This document shows, piece after piece, positions 33,545 through 44,246 of a DNA stretch of 64,000 bases. The position numbers and the translations under genes are program-made. How positions within the stretch are numbered: position 1 is the stretch's first letter; every line of letters begins with the position of its first letter. This DNA comes from Bacteroidota bacterium (lineage in GTDB: Bacteria > Bacteroidota > Bacteroidia > Bacteroidales > FEN-979): contig JBAXOB010000015.1 in assembly GCA_037133475.1 (NCBI GenBank), positions 9,460-73,459 on the forward strand, read 5' to 3'. The notes beneath the pieces are model-generated. The model made no database searches and had not been told where the DNA came from. It was given only the letters and a program-made list of their open reading frames with translations.

Positions 33545-36500
33545 TTAAAAAGTTACTTTTAAACCAACGGTGAATGAACGGGTTTTCGGATAGACATTGA
33601 AATTGTCTATGCCAAAAGACAAACCGGAGATATTGGTTTCAGGATCGACACCCGTGTACTTGGTAATCGTAAAGACATTGTTGGCAGCCACGAAGAGGTT
33701 GAGTTTGTTGATCCATTTCAGTTTTGACACATTAAAATCATAGGAGACCGAAATATAGTCAAGTTTCAGGAAAGAGGCATTCTCAACATAAATATCGGCG
33801 ATACTGGCACCCGCAGTTCTTCCCTTGGCATACCAGTCAAGGGCAGAAGGAACTGCATTAAGCGATGGCAGAATATTCGGGCTGTCGAGCAACATCCGGG
33901 TGGCGTTATACATATGGTTTCCCAGCCATGCCCTGAAGGTGAAATCAAGCGACCACCTTTTAATGAAGGTAAGACTGTTTGACCAGCCTAATTCAGCTTT
34001 CGGAGTCGGGGTTGCAACCACCGTTCTTTTGGCATCGTTTAGGTTGGTGGTATATCCGCCGGTCATGGATTCATAAACAAAGCTGCCATTTAAAAGGCCG
34101 ACATAGGTTGGCAGGTAAAATGCGCCGATATCCTGGCCAACCATAATCCCGGTCAGGTAATTATTATCACCGACCATGCCGCGTCCTGAAATCTGGCCGG
34201 CCTGCCTGACTGAACCGTTGATATAGGTTCCAAGGTCAAGGATTTTCGTCTGGTTATGGGCTGCCGTAAAGCTGGTTTTCCATTTGAAGTTTTTGGCAGT
34301 GATGACAAAGGCCTGCAGGTAAAGTTCTATCCCCTTGTTGGACAAAGAACCCGAATTGGCAAAAGTTGTATGAGCAAGGTTCGGGGGAACCGGAACACTG
34401 TACTGGCCAAGGAGGTCGGTGGTTTTTTTGCTGTAAACTTCGATGCTGCCGCTGATCTTCTCATTCAGGAAGGCAAAGTCGACCCCGATGTTGACTTCTG
34501 CGGTCTGCTCCCATTTCAGGTCCGGGTTTGCATTCCAGGCCGGCGCATAGGTAATCACGTTCTGGCCTGTTTCAGGATTAACCGTTCTGCCGCTGGGCTG
34601 CCAGATAACCAGACTATGGTAATTCCCGATCTTATCATTCCCCGAGATACCGTAGCTTGCTCTCAGTTTCAGCTGGCTGAGCCATTTGACCGATTTCATG
34701 AATTGCTCCTTATCGATACTCCAGCCAACTGCTGCCGTCGGGAACCATCCCCATTTATGGTTTGAACCAAATCTCGAAGAGCCGTCCCTGCGCAGGGAAG
34801 CAGAAAGATAATATTTGGAGTTGTAGTTGTACTGGGCGCGTCCAAAGAAGCCGATCAGGGTGGATTGTTCTTTCCATGAAGAAATATCCCCCCAATTCAC
34901 GGTGTTCAGGGTGGCAAGGTTATTCGGACCGGCATAGGGCGATTGTGCATCGCCACCATGAGCATAGAATCCGTTGTAAACATCCTCCTGCCAGGAATAG
35001 CCACCCAGGATCGTCAGATTATGGGCATTGTGGAAGGTCTTGGTATAATTTCCCGTGATTTCAATCAGTTTCTTTACATCATTGTCATATTGTTTTCTAC
35101 CTGCTCCCACATCGGCCGACTGGAATAAGTTTGCAGGACGGAAATAGTTGGTGGTGATGTCGTCGCGCGTATACCCAAGATTGACCGTAGCAGTAAGACC
35201 TTTGATGATCTCCGCATCGAATTTCAGCCCGCCCAGGAACCGTTTTGCATCGCGGTTATTGGTTATCCCGTTGATAATGGCAACAGGGTTTTCATAATTG
35301 AAGACGCGCGATGATTTATAATAGGAACCATCCGAATTATAAACGGGGTCAGTAGGGTTGCGTGTTATCGCCTGATAGATGATATCCTCCAGCCCCCAGC
35401 CACCATAAGTCTGGTAGTCGTTTTTCTCAATGGCTCCCATCATGTTGCCCGTAATGGTCAGGTGATCATTAAGCGCCTTGTGCGTCACGTTGATATGGGC
35501 CGTAGTGCGGTTTTTAGAGGTTCCGCGCATGATGCCATCCCACGATGACTGCCCGACAGACCCAACATAGGAACCTTTTTTATTTCCCCCTGAAACACTC
35601 AGGTTGTTGGTCGTTGAATAACCGATCCTGTAAATCTGGTCCTGCCAGTCGGTATTGGCTCCTCCGTCGCGAAAAACACTGTCCATTGTGTAGTTGGGAT
35701 GAGCGCCTTTTGCATTCTGCAATAAGGTATTGGCGAAACTCCTGATCTGGCTTGCCGAAAGGAGGTCAAGTTTTTTGGCAATTTTCTCTACGGAGAACTG
35801 GGTCGTAAATTCCACATTGCTATAGGAATCATCCTGTTTTCCCTCTTTGTTCTTTACATTTCTATTGCCTTTTTTGGTGGTGATCATGATAACCCCGTTT
35901 GAACCCTGGGAACCATAGATAGCCGTTGAGGCGGCATCCTTGAGGATGTTGTAGGATTCGATATCGTCGGGAGATACGATGGTCGGGTCGGCATTGGGGA
36001 TACCGTCGATCACATATAATGGCTGGGTATTGGCGTCATATCCAGAAGCGCCCCTGATACGAACCGAGAAGCCGCCATTGGGGTCGCCTCCCTGTTTGGT
36101 AATGGAAACACCGGCAGCCTTGCCCTGGAGAGCCTGGATCGGGTCGGTTAAAACACCACCGTTCAGTTCCTCCGATTTAACAGTACTTACAGCGCCCGTT
36201 TTATCAGACTTTTTCTGCGTGCTGTAGCCAATGACAATAATGTCGTTCAGCGTAGTGACCTGTACTTTCAAGGAAATATCCAGCGGACCTGCTTTTTCTA
36301 CGGTGACTTGCTGGGTGGTATAGCCAATCAGCGAGAAAATCAGCACAGAACCCTTGGGAACACTGATCTTGTATTTTCCCGACACATCACTCACGGTGCC
36401 GGATGTGGTTCCCTTTTGCAGTACTGTTGCGCCGATGAGCAACTCCCCGGTACCTGCCTCAGAAATGACTCCGGTAACTTCAAGGTTCTGGGCATTCAAC

Positions 36501-36571
36501 CCAAGCGCCCCTCCCATGAACAGGATCATGACCAACCATTTATTAAACATAGTGCGTAATTTTCTTTTCAT
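33545..36571 (-). CDS. susC: SusC/RagA family TonB-dependent outer-membrane transporter
   Basis: 1008 aa. Carboxypeptidase-regulatory-like N-domain (VTGVISEAGTGELLIGATVLQKGTTSGTVSDVSGKYKISV), TonB-box/plug (IIVIGYSTQKKSDKTGAV), NLSVSGG, and a terminal aromatic F. Confidence 0.95.
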   Translation of the reverse strand: MKRKLRTMFNKWLVMILFMGGALGLNAQNLEVTGVISEAGTGELLIGATVLQKGTTSGTVSDVSGKYKISVPKGSVLIFSLIGYTTQQVTVEKAGPLDISLKVQVTTLNDIIVIGYSTQKKSDKTGAVSTVKSEELNGGVLTDPIQALQGKAAGVSITKQGGDPNGGFSVRIRGASGYDANTQPLYVIDGIPNADPTIVSPDDIESYNILKDAASTAIYGSQGSNGVIMITTKKGNRNVKNKEGKQDDSYSNVEFTTQFSVEKIAKKLDLLSASQIRSFANTLLQNAKGAHPNYTMDSVFRDGGANTDWQDQIYRIGYSTTNNLSVSGGNKKGSYVGSVGQSSWDGIMRGTSKNRTTAHINVTHKALNDHLTITGNMMGAIEKNDYQTYGGWGLEDIIYQAITRNPTDPVYNSDGSYYKSSRVFNYENPVAIINGITNNRDAKRFLGGLKFDAEIIKGLTATVNLGYTRDDITTNYFRPANLFQSADVGAGRKQYDNDVKKLIEITGNYTKTFHNAHNLTILGGYSWQEDVYNGFYAHGGDAQSPYAGPNNLATLNTVNWGDISSWKEQSTLIGFFGRAQYNYNSKYYLSASLRRDGSSRFGSNHKWGWFPTAAVGWSIDKEQFMKSVKWLSQLKLRASYGISGNDKIGNYHSLVIWQPSGRTVNPETGQNVITYAPAWNANPDLKWEQTAEVNIGVDFAFLNEKISGSIEVYSKKTTDLLGQYSVPVPPNLAHTTFANSGSLSNKGIELYLQAFVITAKNFKWKTSFTAAHNQTKILDLGTYINGSVRQAGQISGRGMVGDNNYLTGIMVGQDIGAFYLPTYVGLLNGSFVYESMTGGYTTNLNDAKRTVVATPTPKAELGWSNSLTFIKRWSLDFTFRAWLGNHMYNATRMLLDSPNILPSLNAVPSALDWYAKGRTAGASIADIYVENASFLKLDYISVSYDFNVSKLKWINKLNLFVAANNVFTITKYTGVDPETNISGLSFGIDNFNVYPKTRSFTVGLKVTF

Positions 36572-37023
36572 ACGTTTTGGAATTAGAGACGGATAAAGTT
36601 AAACAAATTAAAACAAAATACCTTTTCCGGAAAGAAAAAATATTCAGGGAGCGGATAATTTCTCAAGTATGGTAAATAAAAACACAACATTGATCAAGAA
36701 CAGCCAGTATGACTGAAAGAAAACCTGTATTCATCAATATCAAGCAAAAATATAAAAAAAATATTACGCTGTGACAAATCAGGTATTTTTTTACCTTATT
36801 AAATCATTGAAAAATCATATGGTCCGGCATGAAATATTTCATCGCATGGCCTAATTTGGTTCATTATTCCGGGGCTTTCTGTAATATTTTGTTTATTGAC
36901 ATCTGTAATTACCTGTTTTATTGAAGGTAATGATAAAATACGGCGTCTATTTTCCCTGACAGAACCATGATCTCGCGGGAATGTCAGCTACGCCGGTTCA
37001 TGTTCAACCTGGCCAATTTTCGT

Positions 37024-37031
37024 TATCTTTG
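37024..37031 (+). promoter_or_regulatory. candidate -7 box (TATCTTTG) for the GH13-T9SS gene
   Basis: TAnnTTTG match 20 nt upstream of the ATG at 37051. It lies inside the ORF-track N-terminal extension, which supports the shorter start. Confidence 0.35.
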
Positions 37032-37050
37032 TGATCAAAATCCCCCTCCT

Positions 37051-39906
37051 ATGAAACGGTTATTCCCGCTATTTACCCTCCTGTTCTGCTGCCTGGTTTC
37101 TTTGTTGGGCTATGCCCAGGTGCTGACGACGGTTCCCGTCTTCCCCATCGATACCGACTCCGTCACCATTATATTTGATGCGGCACAGGGGGATGCCGGC
37201 CTGAAAAATGTCACCACGCCTGTCTATGCACATACCGGGGTGATCACCAACCTGAGCAACAACGGGTCGGACTGGAAACATACCATTGCTCCTTGGGGGG
37301 TAAACCTCCCCAAGGCGCTGATGACACCGCTGGGAAACAACAAGTACAAACTCGTCATGACCCCTTCAATCCGTAGTTTTTATGGTGTTCCTGCTTCGGA
37401 ACAGATATTGAAGATGGCCTTTGTTTTCCGTAATGCCGATGGCAGCAAAACAGGCCGTGATACCGGAGGAGGCGACATCTTTGCCGATGTCTATACAAGT
37501 GCCATGAGCGTAAATATCGTACTTCCCTCAAACAAACTGCTTTTTGTAAAACAACATGATACTATCCCGGTCTCGGCCATCAGCCCAACCGCCACCACCA
37601 TGAAACTCTTCCTTGACGGGGTCCTGCAGAAAACCCGGTCAGGAAATACCATCACCGATACGATCATCGCCGATAACCTCGGGCAGTCATGGCGCACCCG
37701 CTGGATCCGCATCCAGGGCCTCAACACCACTGGTTCGGCTGCCGATTCCTTTTCCTATACCGTCATCCCGGCGGCCCACATCGCTCCCCTGCCCACAGGA
37801 ATGAACGACGGGATAAACTATATCGATTCGGCAACGGCGCTGCTCTGTCTTTATGCACCCTATAAGAAGAATGTATTTGTCATCGGCGACTTCAACGACT
37901 GGAAAATCGACTCTTCCTATTATATGAACATCACCCCCGACGGGAACCGTTACTGGCTTCAAATCAACAACCTGGTCCCCAGACAGGAATATATCTTCCA
38001 GTACCTTGTCGACGGGAGCCTGAGAATCGGGGATCCCTATGCCGACAAGGTCAGTGACCCGAACGACCAGTATATCCCCGCCGAAACCTATCCCGGGCTA
38101 AAGCCCTACCCTGACGGTAAAACCAGCGGCATCGCGACCTACCTGCAAACAGGCCAGACCCCCTACCCGTGGAGCTCCACTGCTTTTACCGCTCCCAAGG
38201 TCACCGACCTGGTGATCTATGAATTGCTGATCCGCGATTTCACGGCAAAACATGACTACCCATCGCTGATCGACACGCTGAATTACCTGAAAAACCTGGG
38301 GATCAACGCCATTGAACTGATGCCGGTCATGGAATTTGAAGGGAATATCAGCTGGGGTTACAACCCCGATTTCTCCTTTGCCGTCGACAAATATTATGGC
38401 ACAAAAAACGGGCTGAAGCAATTTATCGAAGCGGCGCATGCCAAAGGCATTGCCGTGATCCTCGACATCGTATGCAACCACCATTTCGGCAGCTCCCCGC
38501 TCGTCAGGCTTTACTGGGATGCCGCCAACTCGCGCCCGGCGGCCAACAGCCCATGGTTTAATCCCGTCCCCAGGCATCCCTATAACGTGGGCTATGACTT
38601 CAACCACGAAAGTCCCTTCACCAAGTTCTACATGGAACGGCTGATCCGCTACTGGCTTACGGAGTACCATGTCGACGGGTACCGCTTCGATATGTCGAAA
38701 GGCTTTACCCAAACCAATTCATACCCCGACAATGTCTCCCTCTGGGGCCAGTATGATGCCAGCAGGATCTCGATCCTTGAAAATTACACCAATGTTCTGC
38801 ATTCAGTCAATCCAAATGGTTATGCCATCATGGAACACTTTGCCGACAATACAGAAGAAACTGTGCTGGCCGCCAACAACATGCTGCTCTGGGGTAACCT
38901 GAACGGGAAATACAATGAAGCCACCATGGGATGGAACGACAATTCCAACTCTGACCTGTCCTGGATCTCATACCAGAACAGGGGATGGCTCCAACCCGCC
39001 GCAGTCGGGTATATGGAAAGTCATGATGAAGAGCGGTTATCATACAAAGACATCGTTTTTGGCAACAGCACCGGGCCCAACTACAATGTAAAGGATACCT
39101 CAACATCCCTGAAGAGGATCGAGTTGGCTGCCACCTTTTTCTTTACCATTCCCGGGCCGAAAATGATCTGGCAGTTCGGGGAACTGGGATACGATTACTC
39201 GATTAATTATCCTACGGGAACGTCATCTTCGCGGGTCGATCCGAAACCGATCCGGTGGGATTACCTGAACGACTGGCGCCGGCGCTACACCAAAAATATT
39301 TTTTCGGTGCTGACCGCCCTGAAAAAATCACAGCCTGTTTTTGCCACCACCAATTATTCCATTGACCTTACAACCGCTATCAAACGGATCTGGCTGAGGG
39401 ATCCCGGCATGAATGCAATTGTCCTGGGAAACTTCGATGTAACCACGCGCAGTGTCATTCCCGCCTTCACCAGGAAGGGTAAATGGTATGAATATTTTAC
39501 CGGCGACTCGCTTTCAGTTACCGATACCCTTGCCCCCCTGACCTTTAATGGCGGTGAATACCGGATATATACCACTGTGAAGCTCCAGAAACCCTATTTT
39601 ACGGGCATTGCAGACAATCTTCCCGGTTTGAATCCCGGTAAAGTGCTGGTCTATCCCAATCCTTCCGCCGGATCATTCAGCATCACCGTCAACCTGCCAT
39701 CGGCAATGCCCTCGCTGGATATTGCCATTTACAACAGCACGGGCCTGCTGGTGGGAAAGCTTGATAAGAACCAGGTAACCCAGGGAGAAAACAACTTCTC
39801 TGTGAATCTTGCCGACACCCTCCGTTCCTGCCTTACACCAGGCCTTTACGTCATCGTGGTTAAGGGTGCAAATTACCTTGAAACGGGGAAAGTAATCATA
39901 AATTAA
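37051..39906 (+). CDS. secreted GH13 alpha-amylase/pullulanase-like enzyme with CBM48-like domain and T9SS C-terminal sorting domain
   Basis: The start was set at the ATG at 37051 (MKRLFPLFTLLFCCLVSLLGYAQ). E-set block: VFVIGDFNDWKIDSSYYM. GH13 regions: DLVIYELLIRDF, GINAIELMPVMEFEG..SWGYNP, VILDIVCNHH, VDGYRFDMSKGF, AIMEHF, YMESHDE. C-terminal VLVYPNPSAGSFSITVNLP...LDIAIYNSTGLLVGKL is a T9SS CTD. Confidence 0.85.
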   Translation: MKRLFPLFTLLFCCLVSLLGYAQVLTTVPVFPIDTDSVTIIFDAAQGDAGLKNVTTPVYAHTGVITNLSNNGSDWKHTIAPWGVNLPKALMTPLGNNKYKLVMTPSIRSFYGVPASEQILKMAFVFRNADGSKTGRDTGGGDIFADVYTSAMSVNIVLPSNKLLFVKQHDTIPVSAISPTATTMKLFLDGVLQKTRSGNTITDTIIADNLGQSWRTRWIRIQGLNTTGSAADSFSYTVIPAAHIAPLPTGMNDGINYIDSATALLCLYAPYKKNVFVIGDFNDWKIDSSYYMNITPDGNRYWLQINNLVPRQEYIFQYLVDGSLRIGDPYADKVSDPNDQYIPAETYPGLKPYPDGKTSGIATYLQTGQTPYPWSSTAFTAPKVTDLVIYELLIRDFTAKHDYPSLIDTLNYLKNLGINAIELMPVMEFEGNISWGYNPDFSFAVDKYYGTKNGLKQFIEAAHAKGIAVILDIVCNHHFGSSPLVRLYWDAANSRPAANSPWFNPVPRHPYNVGYDFNHESPFTKFYMERLIRYWLTEYHVDGYRFDMSKGFTQTNSYPDNVSLWGQYDASRISILENYTNVLHSVNPNGYAIMEHFADNTEETVLAANNMLLWGNLNGKYNEATMGWNDNSNSDLSWISYQNRGWLQPAAVGYMESHDEERLSYKDIVFGNSTGPNYNVKDTSTSLKRIELAATFFFTIPGPKMIWQFGELGYDYSINYPTGTSSSRVDPKPIRWDYLNDWRRRYTKNIFSVLTALKKSQPVFATTNYSIDLTTAIKRIWLRDPGMNAIVLGNFDVTTRSVIPAFTRKGKWYEYFTGDSLSVTDTLAPLTFNGGEYRIYTTVKLQKPYFTGIADNLPGLNPGKVLVYPNPSAGSFSITVNLPSAMPSLDIAIYNSTGLLVGKLDKNQVTQGENNFSVNLADTLRSCLTPGLYVIVVKGANYLETGKVIIN

Positions 39907-39907
39907 G

Positions 39908-42601
39908 TTACGGTTTCTCACCAGGCCGGTTCTTTAGCCATTCCGACATATAGGCGTTCCTGAATGTACTGAACCAGGCGGAATCTGCATGATATTTCCC
40001 AAATGCAGCCATGCTGTTTCCTGTCGCATTTGCCGACATGTCAGCATCAGCCAGCGCCCGTCCCAGTTTTTCCTGGAGCTCCTTCACCTGCTTTGCCTCC
40101 ACTTGCTGCCCGTTCAGTAAAACGAGGAAACGGAGGGCATCGGCATAGCGCGAACGGTCGAGGAAATGGATCACAGCCGCCATGGTGAGATAGGGATTAT
40201 TCTTGCCGGCGATCAGCCCGGGGATATCCGTTTGCTCCAGCCCAAACCGCGACAAGGCAGCCTGCTGAAAGAGCAGCTGGTTTGCAGCCAGGGTATTCAT
40301 AGCCACATCATAGTCGCCAACGGCGATACAGGCGTTAACCCTGAATTCGGCTTCCTGAAAAGCAGCGGGAGCCTTGTACCTGTCGAGGCTGTCATTAATA
40401 TACCGGTGATCAAGCCCGCATGAGGTATCCCCCGAAACCAGGTTTTTTGCCCGTTGGCAGTAACGCAATGCATTGATATAGTTTTTAAGGGCAGCATTCC
40501 TGTCAGCGCGGATCATCTGCAGGTCGACGGTATCCTGCAGGTTCCTGCACTGCTGCTCACTGATTTTAATCCTGAATTTCTTCAAGGCACCAGAAAATGC
40601 CGGATCGTCCAGCAGTCCCCAGTCAAAACCCGCAGTTTCGGCGTTATGCAGGGCGGTTGCGGCTGAGTCAAACTGGCTTTCCCATATCTTTTTCTGTGCC
40701 GCCGTGAGCCTTATGATCAGGAAATTTTTCATTGCCTGTCGATAGAGCGAGTCAAACTCAGGGCCAGGTTCGATCCGGGAGGATTCTGCCAGGGCTCTTG
40801 CTTCCCGGTAACGGCTTACTGAGAGCGTAAACTGACGTTTGTCAAGCGCCTTGGCGCCTTCCGCGGATAACTGCAGGTATTTTATACGGGCCATGACAGG
40901 TGCCAGCGAATCAAGCCTGGAATCAACCGCTTCATGTAAATTCCCACTCTGTCTCAGTGCGGTAGCCTTTTCGTAGTAATAGAGCGCCGTATCGGCCGAC
41001 TTGTTTTTCAGGGCATTGTCGGCCAGTTGTGCCGACAGGCCACCCAGCCCCATTTTTGCGAGCGATTTCTTTTGTTCCAGCTGCCGTCTTACGAGGGCCA
41101 GGTCGTGTGCAGGATAGTCCTTCTCAAATTGGCTGTAGCATTCCAATGCCTCCGCAAATCTCCCATCGCCCAGCAACTGGTCACAATCGGCATTCCGCAT
41201 AAAAAACAGGTCGCTGAATACCGCCCGGTAAACCGAATCTGACCTGATGTACCCGGCATGCGACGTTGCATATTGTTCAGCTTTCGCGAGATAGGTATCG
41301 GCCATTTTCAGGTTATGACTCCCGATGCAGGTGGTGGCAATCCCGATAAAGGAGTTCCTGACGCCTTCAGCGGCCTTTACCTCCATTTCACCGTCAACCG
41401 GTATTCCGGATGCTCCCGGTATGGCAGCCAGGAACCTGCGCCCGTTTTCCAGCAAGGCGAACGCATCTGCATAACTATGCTGATCCATCAGGGTTCGTGC
41501 TGTTTCCCGGTAGGAATGATACACCAGCCTGGCAACATATGCAGGCAGCGTGTCCGGCTTCGCCCCTGGAAACAACTTTGCCAGCAACGCAGTGGCAACA
41601 TTTTGTTCGGCAGGAAAAACATCCTCTTCGAAAAAATGATCCAGGCAATCCTTGTAAACAGCCCCCTGCAGCTGATCCATGAGGTTTGAACGCCGCACGT
41701 ATGAGTATATGCGTAAGGTGAAAAAAGCGGCAAGAAAGCCGGGATTTTCCTTCCAGGAAAATTCCCCCGGTTTGTTCAGTCCGTCGATAAATGTAAAAAC
41801 CAGGCTACGTGAATTTCTGTACAATTGCCGGTATTTCTTCATCAATTCTTCAGGGTCATAGTTGTTAACCAGCAATTTGCCGGCAAAATCGAGGGCGTCG
41901 ATCCGGCTTAGAACCCTGGCGGTCTCCTCAACTTTAAGGTAGTTGATGGCCAGTTGCCCCGTATCATCGGGACGGAGGCCTGCCGTGAATTCCTCCAGCG
42001 AGTCGAGCAGCGACACCGAAGCATAATAGTCATGAATAAAGCTGACATGGTCCCGGAAAGTCTGTAAAGCCACCGAGTCATAATAGAACTCCACCTCCTT
42101 GATTATCAAGGTATCCACCTGGGGATCGAACGATGTCACCGGGACTGCGCACACCAGGCTGTCATGCCGGGAAAGCGGCCTGTAGCTCAGGCTTTCTTCC
42201 GTGAACCCGGACGTGTCGGCCCGGTTTGCCCATTTCAGCCGAAGCCCGATAGAGGAAGGGAAAAGCACCTCAGTAACAGGGAAGCGACGGTATACCGTAT
42301 CACCTGCAACGGAACGATGGGTAAGCGAAATCGAGAGTGTCTCTGTATGGTCGTGCCTGGTAACCGTCAACCCCAGGAGTCCTGAAACCCTGATACTGAC
42401 CCGCCAGGGTTCCCGAAGGACATCCCGCGCAATTTCCCGCAGGACTTCATTTCCGCCTTCAAAAATCCTGTCCCCCGAATTATCATAGGGAATCCTGTAT
42501 TCCACCTTGCGGAAAGTGGCGGAGATGATTTTCTGGGCCTGGGAATTCCCTGCAATAGCAAGAAAAACAAAAGGGATCAGGAACTTAATGCAGCGAATCA
42601 T
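39908..42601 (-). CDS. large secreted all-helical (TPR-like) protein of unknown function
   Basis: The preferred start is the ATG at 42601 (MIRCIKFLIPFVFLAIAGNSQAQ signal). The ATG at 42712 would overlap the upstream gene by 41 nt. It is rich in Ala/Leu helical repeats (YADAFALLENGRRFL, FAEALECYSQFEKDYP, ADTALYYYEKATALRQSG). No catalytic or DNA-binding motif was recognised. Confidence 0.6.
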   Translation of the reverse strand: MIRCIKFLIPFVFLAIAGNSQAQKIISATFRKVEYRIPYDNSGDRIFEGGNEVLREIARDVLREPWRVSIRVSGLLGLTVTRHDHTETLSISLTHRSVAGDTVYRRFPVTEVLFPSSIGLRLKWANRADTSGFTEESLSYRPLSRHDSLVCAVPVTSFDPQVDTLIIKEVEFYYDSVALQTFRDHVSFIHDYYASVSLLDSLEEFTAGLRPDDTGQLAINYLKVEETARVLSRIDALDFAGKLLVNNYDPEELMKKYRQLYRNSRSLVFTFIDGLNKPGEFSWKENPGFLAAFFTLRIYSYVRRSNLMDQLQGAVYKDCLDHFFEEDVFPAEQNVATALLAKLFPGAKPDTLPAYVARLVYHSYRETARTLMDQHSYADAFALLENGRRFLAAIPGASGIPVDGEMEVKAAEGVRNSFIGIATTCIGSHNLKMADTYLAKAEQYATSHAGYIRSDSVYRAVFSDLFFMRNADCDQLLGDGRFAEALECYSQFEKDYPAHDLALVRRQLEQKKSLAKMGLGGLSAQLADNALKNKSADTALYYYEKATALRQSGNLHEAVDSRLDSLAPVMARIKYLQLSAEGAKALDKRQFTLSVSRYREARALAESSRIEPGPEFDSLYRQAMKNFLIIRLTAAQKKIWESQFDSAATALHNAETAGFDWGLLDDPAFSGALKKFRIKISEQQCRNLQDTVDLQMIRADRNAALKNYINALRYCQRAKNLVSGDTSCGLDHRYINDSLDRYKAPAAFQEAEFRVNACIAVGDYDVAMNTLAANQLLFQQAALSRFGLEQTDIPGLIAGKNNPYLTMAAVIHFLDRSRYADALRFLVLLNGQQVEAKQVKELQEKLGRALADADMSANATGNSMAAFGKYHADSAWFSTFRNAYMSEWLKNRPGEKP

Positions 42602-42671
42602 GGCTGATGCTTTGAAACCGGCGAAATTAGGCAATTTGCATGTCAGTTTACCTCTTAGACCAGGGGACCGG

Positions 42672-44246
42672 TTAAACAATTCCACGGATTCTCCGCTTAT
42701 GTTTTTCAACATGCAGCTTTATCAGGGCTGTCAGAAGACCCTTTCCATAGGGTTTAACTATATAATCATCGCAACCCGCCTTCAGCGCCTTTTGCCTGAC
42801 TCCTTCCAGCGCATTGGTTGTTTGGGCGATAATGATCACGTTCTGATTGAATTGCCTGATCTGTCTTGTCGCCTCATATCCATCCATCTCCGGCATGTTT
42901 ATATCCATCAGGACGATGTCAATATCGGGGTGATTCCTGCATAACGCCACAGCTTCGGTACCGGTGCCGGTTTTATAGACATGAGGCCCGAATGTTTTCA
43001 ATGCCTGGGCAATCAGGCTGCCGGTGCCCTCATCATCTTCGGCAATCAGAATCTTCAGGTTTTTAATCGTCATACTGTTTTCGACCGTCTCACCCTGCTT
43101 TTTTGTCATTTTTTTAAACCGTGAAACCGGGGAATAGGGAATCGTGAAGGAGATGGTTGAGCCCGCCCCTTCAACACTTTCAGCCATTATCCGGCCACCG
43201 TGCTTCTCAACAAACTCTTTGCACAAAATCAGTCCAAGGCCTGAACTTGGCTCGCCCTCGGTCCCCTTGCGGCCGGTAGGCTCATTGGGAAGAAACAACC
43301 TGTTCACCAGCTGTGCCGGCATGCCGATTCCAGTATCCCGTATACTGATCTCCAAAAAATTATTTTTATTCACCACGACCGAAATGAATATCTCCCCGCC
43401 CCGGGCGGTGAATTTCACTGCATTGGAATAGAGGTTGCGGACAATGGTTTCGAACATATGCACATCTGCAACAATCAGTATATGATCAGGAATGTTCATA
43501 TCAACGGATATTTCCTTATTACGGGTGGCATCAAATAACGTCGTGATGCAGTCAAACACCTTGTTTTTTAAAAAGAAGGGTTCCGGTGAAAAACTGATGA
43601 TCCCGCGCTGTACCAATGACCATTGCAAAAGGTTGTCGAGGAGACCGTACAGGTTGGTCGCCGACTTGTTCAGCATGCCGGCGATTCCCTCAATTTCTTC
43701 GGATGACAGGTGTTTTACCTCCGTCACCATCATTTTTGTTAGGCCAAGAAATGCAGTAAAGGGGCTCCGCAAATCATGGGCAATGATGGAAAAGAATTTA
43801 TCTTTGGAAGCCATCAATGCTTTCAATTCCATATTTTGCCGGTAAAGGCTCAACTGGGTCCTCACCCTGGCCTTCACCTCCTCCGTCTGGAAGGGTTTGG
43901 TAATATAATCCGCCCCTCCCACCGACAAGGCTCTGACAATATCGCTTGTTTCGTTCAGGGCGCTGATAAAGATTATGGGTACATCCTTCAATTCCGGGTC
44001 GGCCTTTAACCGGCTGCAAACTTCAAATCCATCAAGCCCTGGCATCATGATATCAAGCAGGACCAGGTCGGGTTTCTCTTTTGCTGCAACCTGCAAAGCA
44101 AACGCGCCAGTGGTAACGGGCCTGACTTTGTAACCTTCACCTTTCAGGATATCGCCCAACACTTTAAGATTGTCCGGCCGGTCATCAACGACCAGGATTT
44201 CCGGTGGGTCATGACTTAAACTGTTCTCATTTCTCATATATCGCAT
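42672..44246 (-). CDS. hybrid REC-HisKA-HATPase-REC sensor kinase/response regulator (cytoplasmic)
   Basis: REC1: ILVVDDRPDNLKVL...LVLLDIMMPGLDGFEV...ITKPF. H-box: FFSIIAHDLRSPF. YSNAVKFT, IRDTGIGM, GLGLILCKEFVEKHGG. REC2: ILIAEDDEG...IVLMDINMPEMDGYEATRQIR...DDYIVKPY. The ORF-track start is TTG. ATG candidates at 44246 and 44237 overlap the upstream stop. Confidence 0.85.
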   Translation of the reverse strand: MRYMRNENSLSHDPPEILVVDDRPDNLKVLGDILKGEGYKVRPVTTGAFALQVAAKEKPDLVLLDIMMPGLDGFEVCSRLKADPELKDVPIIFISALNETSDIVRALSVGGADYITKPFQTEEVKARVRTQLSLYRQNMELKALMASKDKFFSIIAHDLRSPFTAFLGLTKMMVTEVKHLSSEEIEGIAGMLNKSATNLYGLLDNLLQWSLVQRGIISFSPEPFFLKNKVFDCITTLFDATRNKEISVDMNIPDHILIVADVHMFETIVRNLYSNAVKFTARGGEIFISVVVNKNNFLEISIRDTGIGMPAQLVNRLFLPNEPTGRKGTEGEPSSGLGLILCKEFVEKHGGRIMAESVEGAGSTISFTIPYSPVSRFKKMTKKQGETVENSMTIKNLKILIAEDDEGTGSLIAQALKTFGPHVYKTGTGTEAVALCRNHPDIDIVLMDINMPEMDGYEATRQIRQFNQNVIIIAQTTNALEGVRQKALKAGCDDYIVKPYGKGLLTALIKLHVEKHKRRIRGIV

